Source of the DNA: Octopus sinensis
Lineage: Eukaryota
DNA length: 64,000 nt
NCBI RefSeq assembly: GCF_006345805.1
Contig: NC_043004.1
Span: 44,578,001 to 44,642,000, forward strand
Direction of reading: 5' to 3'
Within the stretch, counting starts at the first letter, position 1. Every line of letters begins with the position of its first letter. This document shows positions 54,255 through 64,000 of this stretch, in pieces. The notes below the pieces were generated by a model that ran no database searches, was not told the DNA's origin, and worked only from the letters and a program-made list of their open reading frames with translations. The translations under genes were made by a program, and so were the position numbers.

Positions 54255-54590
54255 AGGTGTCGCATAGGCGCAGGCGCGGCTGTGTACTAAGCAGTAAGCT
54301 TTCCGCATGATTCTGGGATGAGTTCCACACCATGGCACGTTCGGCAAGTGTCTTCTACTAGACCCTCGGTCAGCCAAAACCTTCATAAGCGGAAACTGAA
54401 AGAAGCTCGCCGTATATAAATATGTTTGTACGTGCATATATGTGTGTGTGCCTTTGTGTGTATGTGTTTCCCCGCACCGCTTGACAAGTGGTATTGGTGT
54501 ATTTAGATCACTGTAACTTAGCCATTCGGCAAAATTCTCCATTACTAGGCTTAAAAATAGTGATTCAATTCGTTCGATTATAATTATTCA
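54255..54590 (+). mobile_element. SINE type C with internal (TG)n
   Basis: CATAGGCGCAGGCGCGGCTGTGT head; GGCACGTTCGGCAAGTGTCTTCTACTA core, as in 58603. Confidence 0.75.
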
Positions 54591-54623
54591 TGATAGTGCC
54601 CAAGCATGATCTCAGTCTAATGA

Positions 54624-54698
<75 letters not shown>

Positions 54699-54842
54699 TG
54701 CGTGTGTTTGTGTGTGTGTGTGTGCAAGTATGTATGTATATATATATTATATATATATATATATGTATATATATATACATACATACATACATGCATAAAT
54801 ACATACACACAATTTATTCGCTGCACCCTGTATGTATGTATA

Positions 54843-54875
<33 letters not shown>

Positions 54876-54935
54876 AATACATACATGGATACATACATAC
54901 ATACATGCATGCATGCATACATACATACATACATA

Positions 54936-55856
54936 CAGGCGTAATTTAAATTGTCGTTTAAATTACGCAAACAGGAAAATAACACTGACATCTCATTTTT
55001 ACAGATATATTTACCAAGTTACATTAAAATATCTTGAAATACACAGAGTAAATTTATTCAATAAAATCGCCATTGACTTCAACCATATGCCTTCAGAATC
55101 TACTGCAACTCTACTGGACCGTCTCCTTGTTTTGATTGGTGAATGCTGCCATAATCCTTACTTTCATTTCATCTTTGTTCTGTGTGTTCACCATCTGATC
55201 CTGGTAGAAAATGTTCTCGTCTGAGAAAAACCAAAGCTTGTTCGATTAGAGGAGATGCTTCAGCTTGTTCAAAAGCTTCATAGTGCGGTCTTTCCTCTTG
55301 CCCTTGATGGCTTGGGATAAAAACTTACCCTTTCTCATCTTGTACGAAGAATACCGAATGCCTTCATTCAATACCTGCCTGATAAAAAAATTCGAATATT
55401 CCTATGTCCCTAGCGATGGATCTGATTGACTTAGAGGGGTCGTTGGTAATCATTACCTGGATCTCTTCCACAAATTCAAGATTTCTCTTCTTATTAGAAC
55501 GATCAGAGTAAGATTTCTGAACTGCTGTGCCTTCGTAATTACCATTAGACTCATCTAACTCTTTTCGAATCCTCTGCACTCTCCTCAAATTGACACCTAA
55601 ACACTCTGAAATCTCAAGAAATGATCAGAATAGTAACTATACTAACTATACTAACTAGTATTGGAACTTCCGGTGCGAATGCCATGCAACACAACATGTC
55701 GTTTCCAAATTTCTGGCAGCAGGGTGACTTGCGTCATGGTGCTGTTTTTCTCACAGTCGGAGTCCAACTTACCCTGCTATACAAAATCAAAATCAAACAA
55801 TGTACCTGCGCTAGATTAAAATTATAAAATGGCAACAATTTACCCATCGCACCCTA
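54936..55856 (-). mobile_element. Internally deleted Tc1/mariner (maT/DD37D-like) transposon
   Basis: N-terminal VQRIRKELDESNG..KSIRSIARDIG and FFSDENIFYQDQ fused directly to C-terminal KDEMKVRIMAAFTN..VEVNGDFIE; 5' end AGGGTGCGATGGGTAAATTG near 55856; the other TIR is weak. Confidence 0.75.
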
Positions 55857-55959
55857 TGTATGTATGTATGTATGTATGTATGTATGTATGTATGTATGAA
55901 TGCATGTATGTATATATGAATGCATGTATGATTGTATATATACATACATACATACATAC

Positions 55960-56180
55960 ATACATACATAGTCAGATGCCATGATAGATTGTTAGCTACT
56001 AAACACATCTTTTCTCTCCTTGTTTCTCTCGTTTTTTTTTCTGTGTATCTTTCTGTAGAAGAGCGTAGGCTCGAAACGTAAAGAATTTTTCTATTACTGA
56101 ACGCTATACTAATACATCTGTTTGTTTGTACACCACCTGCCTTCGTCTTTTGTTTATTTTCGTAAACTTTCCCCCTACCA
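55960..56180 (+). mobile_element. Interspersed repeat between microsatellites carrying a minimal hammerhead-like motif (Penelope-like terminal repeat candidate)
   Basis: TCTTT-CTGTAGA-A-GAGC/GTAG/GCTC-GAAA-CGT-A-AAGA at 56048-56084. Confidence 0.5.
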
Positions 56181-56191
56181 ACATACATACG

Positions 56192-56264
<73 letters not shown>

Positions 56265-56898
56265 CAGAGAGAGAGAGAAAGATGGAGCTCGTGCTTCATC
56301 TTGGTTTACAGTGCCATGTCTAGAATTTGTGCCAACGGGTGTCGTAAGTGATAGTGACACCTAGAATGAACTTCCATACAGGATCTTAGTAATAATAATT
56401 AATTAAATTAATATTTCATGGGTCCTCAAATAGCGGGTCGCGCACGAATACTGAGCTGTGGATCATTAGATACGGGGCCAGGAAACAGAAAGAATAATTT
56501 TTTTTTAAATTTATTCCTATTTTATTGGCCATTGCAGTATAGAGTGTGTTTTGTATCATATAATTTTATAAACATTATATATGTAAAAGGTTACAGACAG
56601 CAGCTTTATGTCTCTAAGTGTACTGCCATACTTACAAAATAATTTTTTTTCTTTTTCATATCATATACACAACCTAATATGAACTTACTTAGTTTCAGGT
56701 GTTTAAATTTAAAATTCAACTGAGTTGAGAATTAAAAGCAATTAAGAACAATATCGAAATAATGTCGATTGTAAGTTTAAGCGTTATTCTTGAAATAACC
56801 ATTAGATCTACTTTACAAAAAAAAGCAATTAATTACTTCAATTATCACCATTATATTCTAAATTGAATAATTCTTATATATATATACATCTATATTCG

Positions 56899-56992
<94 letters not shown>

Positions 56993-57063
56993 ATATATAT
57001 ATATATACATACAAACACACACACACACACAACACACACACACACACACTTATATATATATAT

Positions 57064-57505
57064 GTTCTCTTATTCTCATATTTGTTTCAATCATTTGACT
57101 GCAGCCATCCTAAAGCACCGCCTGAAAGGATTTTAGCCGAAGAAATTGACCCCAAGGCTTATTCTTAGTAAGCTTAGTAATCATTCTATCGGTGTCGTTT
57201 GCCAAACCTCTCAGTCACGAAGATATAGACATACCACCATCGGTTGTCAAGTGATAGTGGGGCGACAAACACAGACGCAAAGACACGCACACATAGATAC
57301 ACATACACACATACACACACACACACATATATATATATACATGCAACGGGCTTCTCTCAGTTTCCGTGTACTAAATCCACTCACAAGGCTTTGGTGGACC
57401 CGAGGCTAAAGTGGAAGACATTTGCCGAAGGTGCCACGTAGTGGGACTGAACCCGGGACGATATGGTTGGTAAGAAGGCTTCTTACCACACGGCCACGAC
57501 TACGC
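57064..57505 (-). mobile_element. SINE type C with internal (CA)n/(TA)n
   Basis: Reverse complement of the 58603-58975 type. Confidence 0.85.
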
Positions 57506-57524
57506 TTGATATGTACTGATAATC

Positions 57525-57596
<72 letters not shown>

Positions 57597-57653
57597 TATA
57601 GATAGATAGATAGATAGATTAATAGATAGATAGATAGATAGATAGATAGATTA

Positions 57654-57701
<48 letters not shown>

Positions 57702-57756
57702 GTAGATAGATAGATAGGTAGACCGATAGATAGATAGGTAGATAGATAGATAGATT
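57525..57756. repeat. (GATA)n microsatellite
   Basis: Direct reading. Confidence 0.97.
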
Positions 57757-58133
57757 GATTTGACTGTTTTTTTATGAGTCCTTTACTCACTTTCACTCCA
57801 GCCTCCTGTGCTGTTCTCTGTAGTGCCGCTGTTACTGCTATCGTTGGCGACAGCGGTGGTGAAGAGGTTGTGGTAGTGGTGGTGGTGGGGGGTCGTCGTC
57901 GTCGTGGATATGGTAATGACCGTGGTGACAAAGTTTATATATATGAGTAAGCCCTTTCATGTTCGATAAGCTTTGCACTTAAGTTTCATGCAAGTTTGTA
58001 CTTTATTTCTGGTCATTTTTCCTTTTTATTTTTTGCTGTTGCTTCCTACCCTTTTCTGGCTTAATCAAAGCAACCCACGATCAAAGACATTTCATCCGTG
58101 ACCACATACACACACACACACACACACACGCAG

Positions 58134-58164
<31 letters not shown>

Positions 58165-58264
58165 TACCGTTAGAGATAATGGAATCGGTGTGATTACCTC
58201 CCTGTAACCCAGTGTTTCAGCAACAGTGAAAAATAAAAGAAGTACTGTGGTAAATTTCACAGAA

Positions 58265-58602
58265 GCGCTGGTGTGGTTGCTTGATAAGAATCTTGCTTCC
58301 TAATCCCATGGTCCTGGGTTCAGTCTCACTGCGTGACGCCTTAGGCTGGTCTCTTCTACTGTACCCTCGGTTTGGCCAAAACGTTGTAAATGGACAGAGA
58401 CTGAAAGAAGCCTGCCGTACATGTATCTACGTGAGTGTGTCTATATTTATCCTCCATCACTGCTCGATAACCGTCGTCGGTGTGTTTACGTCCCAATAAC
58501 TTGGGCAAAAGAGACCGTTAGAATAATTATGAGGCTTAAAGTCAATCGACTAAAACTCTTCAAGGTGGTGCTGCAGCACAACCGCAGTCTAATGGCTTGA
58601 AA
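58265..58602 (+). mobile_element. SINE type C, degenerate, tandem with the next copy
   Basis: GGTCCTGGGTTCAGTCTCACTGCGTGACGCC..., tail GGTGGTGCTGCAGCAC..GCAGTCTAATGGCTTGAAAC. Confidence 0.75.
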
Positions 58603-58975
58603 CATAGGCGTAGGAGTGGCTATGTGATAAGTAGCTTGTTTACCAGCCACATGATTCCGGGTTCAGTCCCACTGCGTGGCACCTTGGGCAAGTGTCTTCT
58701 ACTATAGCCTCGGTCCGACCAAAGCCTTGTGAGTGGATTTGGTAGACGGAAGCTTAAAGAGGCCCGTCGTATTTATGTCCCCCCATCATCGCTTGAAAAC
58801 TGATGCTGGTGTGTTTACGTCCCCGTAACTTAGCGGTTCGGCAAAAGAGACCGATAGAATAAGTACTAGGCTTACAAAGAATAAGTCCTGGGGTTGATTT
58901 GCCCGACTAAAGGCGGTGCTCCAGCATGGCCGCAGTCAAATGACTGAAACAAATAAAAGAGAAAAGAGAAAGAGA
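58603..58975 (+). mobile_element. SINE type C, best-preserved copy
   Basis: CATAGGCGTAGGAGTGGCTATGTG head, GGGTTCAGTCCC B box, CACCTTGGGCAAGTGTCTTC core, tail ..CCAGCATGGCCGCAGTCAAATGACTGAAAC, then AAGAGA repeats. Confidence 0.88.
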
Positions 58976-59269
58976 TATATTTTTAAAGGGGACGACATGT
59001 CACCGTCAAGGTAACGGACCAGGTGTAAAATTACAGACATCAAGGGGCAGAGATCAGATGTTGAAGACGTAAAGACCTACTCGCACTTCCTCTTTCCCTG
59101 CTAACACTACTCTGCGATAAATGCCCCCCGAATCTCTATGTAACTCTTAGCGTGAACAGCGTGAACAGCCATCTCAGGGAGCGGCACCCTTTGCGCCCAT
59201 CAGGATAAAGAGACTCAGTCTCTTGCTGCAGATTAACTGCTGGATACGAGTTAATGCCGACAACGACGA

Positions 59270-59287
59270 TACACACACACACACGCG

Positions 59288-59324
<37 letters not shown>

Positions 59325-59435
59325 ATTACTAGTTAGTATAGTTACTACTCTGATCTTTTCTTGAGTTCTTACTACCTATTTATCTTATATATATATATAT
59401 ATGTATGTATGCATGTATGTATATATGTATATATG

Positions 59436-59533
<98 letters not shown>

Positions 59534-59790
59534 GCATATATATAATTATATATAGAGATAGATAGATAGATAAATAGATAGATAGATCGCTAGATAGATA
59601 GATGGATAGATAAATAGATAAGTAGATATATATATATATAGATAGATAGATAGATACATACATATATAGATAGATAGATACATATATACATAGATACATG
59701 CCTGCATACATACATACATACATATATACATACGTACATACATACATACGTACATACATACGTACGTACATACATACGTACATACATACA
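59270..59790. repeat. Compound (CA)/(TA)/(GATA)/(CATA) microsatellites
   Basis: Direct reading. Confidence 0.92.
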
Positions 59791-60509
59791 TATGAAAGCG
59801 ATACCTCAACTTAGACGCAGTTCAATGGCTTATACAAATACCAGGATAAAGGAGTCTAAGAAAGTTCACTAAAAATTATTTCTATTCTATCGGAGAGATG
59901 TATATTTGCCAAAACAAATAACTAAAAATGGAAACGTCTAACTTCTTTCTTTCAATTACTTTTATTTCTCTCATAACAGATCTAGTTTAGTCAACAAATA
60001 AATATAAATATGTGTATATATGGGTGTATGTCTTCGGGCGTCTGTGTATGTGCGTGCGTGTGTGTCTATGTGTGTGCGGGTCTGTATTCATAAAAGGGTT
60101 TTAACAAGGCTGTTAGTATATTATATTTTGTTGGAGTGCTATTTCAATTTTGTACTGAATAACAAATAATTCTTTTCGCGTCTACTAATATGATTGTATT
60201 TCTGTATAGTCACAGACAACAATTTCATACCTTTGTAAAAAGAAAAAAAAATGATGTTTCTCTTTTACACAAAGGTTGATATTTTAGAATATTTGATACT
60301 TTTAAAGAATAATGGTAAATATTTATTTACTACAAATCTTTGCTCAACGTAATGTCAAGCTCTTCTATCAGTCTACATCACTTGTATTTTAATATTCTAC
60401 TTCATTACAATTATTCTTATCTTGGAACAATTATCTTATTCCATCACTGTTCCAGCCATTCAGAAGCTCACACAATTGCAAGCCATTAATTTTGATTTAC
60501 TACCATACA

Positions 60510-60524
60510 TGCGTCGTCGTCGTC

Positions 60525-60583
<59 letters not shown>

Positions 60584-60602
60584 GGTGGTGGTGGTGGTGG
60601 TG

Positions 60603-60649
<47 letters not shown>

Positions 60650-60698
60650 AGTAGTGGTAGTAGTAGTAGTGGTGGTGGTGATAGTGGTGGTGGTGGTG

Positions 60699-60730
<32 letters not shown>

Positions 60731-60750
60731 TGCTGTTGTAGTAGCAGCAA
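60510..60750. repeat. (GTC)(GTA)n(GTG)n trinucleotide repeat
   Basis: Direct reading. Confidence 0.95.
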
Positions 60751-60949
60751 GCAACATTTTAAAAACAGTTTTTTCATTTTTTTTCTGCAAAGAACAGACC
60801 GTTCTATTAACGTTGGATATGTGTTTCCTTTCAGTTTTGTATTCTCTCTGTTGAAAGAATTTAAATTAATATATGTGCAGTGCCTTAGTGGAACTGTTAT
60901 CTTTATATTATGTATCTGTGTAAGAGATATCCTTTCAGCTGTTCGAAGT

Positions 60950-63900
60950 CTACACTAATTTTTCGTCAGAAATAGTACAACTAAAATTGAAATATAAATA
61001 TTCTTCAACGGAACAGAATTTAAGCTCTAGAAGAGATTTTCTCCTCTTTGAAGGGAAGTATCACCACAGTCAAAACAAATTTACTGTTGCGATATAACAA
61101 AAATGTTATTTTTAATCATAATTACCAACAGCGGGTGTTGTAGAAAAGATGTAGGGAAACTTTAATGGCGTTCTCCTTATATCATTCCCTGGCGTTCAAG
61201 AGCCTTTTTACCCCCTTTGTCTTCTGATGTCGTCTATTGATCATTCCCAGGGTTCATATAAAGTTTTCGATGTTTGATTGAGAAATCATATTCTCAAAGA
61301 GATGCACCAACATTTCTGGAAGTATTTACCTTACATGTTTTTGTTTATGTGACTTACTTAAGCTTTTAACTTTTCTTTTAATTCCGGGTCAATTTTTTTT
61401 TCTGTATTGACCTTAAATCTTTTTTCATAGAGTCGCATTAAAACAGCCCTTTTCCATTCTTTTATACATAGGTATTTCTCCATTTGTATGACGTTTTGTT
61501 TTCTCCTATTTTCTCCATTATTTCTGTTAAATGGTTTTCTCATTACTAATTCTGGTTGGTTTCTTGTGTTGTGTGTTTATTGCTTATTGTTATGTGTGTA
61601 CCGACGGTGCATCGTTGTGGGTCGTTGGATTCATGCTTTCATGGGAACCTCCATCAATTCGCATTAACTTTTGTCAACGGTATGTGTCACCAAGTTAATT
61701 GTCTTTCACGTTTAAAAGGCATTCAATGAAATACTGGCAAAGGAGAATATAAAGCTACTCCGAATTAACTGAGATGACAGTAAAAGCTTGAACAACATAT
61801 TTTAAGCTGGTAAATATTTTCTTGTAACCTACGCTTGTGAACGAGTACATAACGTTCTGAAATCGTAGCAAAAATAAGATTAAGGATGTCTCTTAAGATG
61901 CATTTTTTTACATTCTCACCTTGTCACCTTCCCTACTAAGATTGGTGCTGTAAGTGACGAGCTGCAAAACCCCTGTTAAGGACCGCAGATATATGGATAT
62001 TTTAAAGTATGATGGAGGATAATTGTTGGGAATTGCAGTAAGAGAATCTCTCATCATACATAGAGCAGAAAAAGAAACTGCAACATAGTTTAACTTCACA
62101 ATAGGAAGTTGCTTTTCCATAGCATAAACAACTTGCATACAGGAATGGAAACTTCAGCGGCGAAACTCAGCTGTGTTCTAAGCCTGATGAAAGAAGGAAG
62201 GATAACTCTGCAGAAATTATTTAAGTATACCTATCCTAGAACGCTGCACAGCAAACTAACACAATTCGCTTACGCAATATAATCCTGTAGAGCAACAAGG
62301 GAAGAAGCATGGGTCTTTCGATATACAAAACCTAGACGCGATAAGAAAATTTCTTTATCAGATCTAAATTCAGCAAAATTTCCCCAGTACTCTGTACTAG
62401 GGAAAACCTGAAACTAGTAATTTATTTATGTATGAGACATCCGGCTTGCGAAAAAATGGCCGTGTAAACACAAACCTAAACGTTTTTTTTTCCCACGGTG
62501 AACTCTGCGCCATTGTTGCTGCTGATTAATTTCAGATTTTAGCTTTTCGAATTCTTCACTAATTTTTCGTGAGAATCGTACAACTACAAATTAAATATAC
62601 ATATTCTTCAACGTAACGGAATTTAACCTCTAGAAGAGATCTCTCCTCTTTGGAGGGGGTTATTACCACAGTCAAAATACGTTTACGGTTGTAGATATGA
62701 CAAAAATGCTATTTTTTTCATTATCATCAGCAAGGGTACATAGCAGGCCTTCTTGAGTGTTGTGTAAAAACAGTTGGAAAATTTAATGGCGTTGTCCTTA
62801 CATCATTCCCTGTTGTTCAAGTGCCCTCTTATCTACTTTGTCTTCTATGAATATGCAGTCTTTGAATATCAGACAAGTTTGTAGTATGCGATATATTCAA
62901 ATCGATATTCTACATCGCAGACTACAGTCGTATATTGCTACTGGCATTGTAACTGTATTCCTTGCATGGATAATGTTTTTGGTAATGAGATAAGCTTTTT
63001 TTATACTTCTTGGCTCTACGAAAATATAGTTAATTCTCCTTAAAGCACCTCTTGTACAGATATCTTTACGCTCATCTATGCACAAATATTTGTATAACTA
63101 AAAAAAGTCTTCAGCTCTCCTTATATGAAAGTATGAAATATTTTCTCCAGTGGTTTTATTTGCCACGAAAAATGTCACTTCCGCATTTTCTCCTGTCTTA
63201 AGGTCTATTTAACGTCACTGCTAAACTGTTTTATAATACTGGCGACATTCTCAAAATGCGGTCCGTTCACTATACAATTTTAGGTCGTCTAGTTTATTAG
63301 CCTGCTCCTCCCTCGCACCACGTAGTACTCCAAAGTGACCTGTTTTATTAGCCAGTATTTTAATCGTTAATTAAGGAACAAAGTGTAGTTCCTTTGATAA
63401 TCTGTAAAGCCAGTAAAAGCGATAAAACGGTAAGAGGTAAGCATTTTTCTGCTGGGAACCTAGATCAAATTCATGCAACAGAGAAGAATGAGATAAGGAA
63501 TCCCATGAGGTAGTGTAAAACTAAGAACCAGGTGGTTGTGTAAAATCGGGCTACGAATTAATTTTACCACTCAAATAGACCACGGTAGAATTTGGTCTCG
63601 GAACGCAAAGAGAAGCAACAAAAACAGTAAGTGTCACATCTGATAGTCTACCGAATTCAACAGTCCATTGGTTTTGACTAATACGATATTTATAGTTCCC
63701 GGAAATATGAAAAATAGAGGTAACAAGTAGAAGTTGAAATTAAGACCAGTAGTAATGTCCCCTCGTAGTATGATAGATTTTGCTGTGAGATTTAAACTTG
63801 CGGGTATGGCTTTGCTGTTCACCGTAAGAACACTTATCTTGTTCTTTCTTCGTGTATTAATGCAGATATGTTACAAAAATGAAGTCCTTCGAGCCTTATG
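60950..63900 (-). mobile_element. Very decayed R4/Dong-like LINE RT region with a duplicated internal segment
   Basis: Minus-strand traces DDLKLYSE (~63290), KQFSSDVK, YKYLCIDE-like (~63090) and KNIIHARNTVTMPVAIY resemble R4-clade YMDDLKL..FSxDI..YKYLG..NxIxAINTxAxP; 60950-61230 repeats 62555-62850. Confidence 0.5.
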
Positions 63901-64000
63901 GCTATCGTCAGAGTGTCGGATGAAACGCCTTGTTCTAACACTTTATATTCTGAGCTCAAATATCCTGGAGATCAAATTTGTGCTTCATTCCTCTAAGGAC

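Noticed and set aside
61604-61615. 12-mer ACGGTGCATCGT identical to the array's stem III
   Set aside because: No flanking GAA, CTGANGA core or stem I, and no other similarity to the unit; treated as chance.
61908-62138. ORF with slight TIR-like wording (VVYAMEKQLPIV)
   Set aside because: Similarity is too short and it lies within the decayed LINE region.
62160-62200. CGAAAC...CTGATGA resembling a permuted hammerhead
   Set aside because: No supporting stems I-III.

Overview
AT-rich, repeat-saturated animal genomic DNA. The microsatellite load and SINE/LINE types suggest a cephalopod (octopus-like) genome; this is inference. No intact protein-coding gene is recognisable, and nearly all listed ORFs are translations of microsatellites or decayed transposons. 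Mobile elements: about 15 tRNA-derived SINE copies or fragments in several modular types; decayed LINEs (RTE, CR1/L2-like, Tx1/L1, R4/Dong-like); three adjacent Tc1/mariner relics including a DD41D element; a maT-like relic; a Chapaev3-like CMC transposon; and a Helitron 3' portion. The standout is a non-coding head-to-tail array at 18826-21329: 5 units of about 491 bp plus 52 bp, embedded in (TA)n. Each unit carries a type I hammerhead ribozyme fold (stem I ATTTCTTA/TAAGAAAT, core CTGAAGA...GAAA, stem III ACG/CGT, GTA cleavage triplet). This is the layout of a retrozyme, a circular-RNA retroelement associated with Penelope-like elements. The hammerhead has an unusually long branched stem II and the units alternate A-B-A-B-A. 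Degenerate minimal hammerhead-like relics also occur at about 12.1/12.3 kb (inverted pair), 34.3 kb and 56.05 kb.
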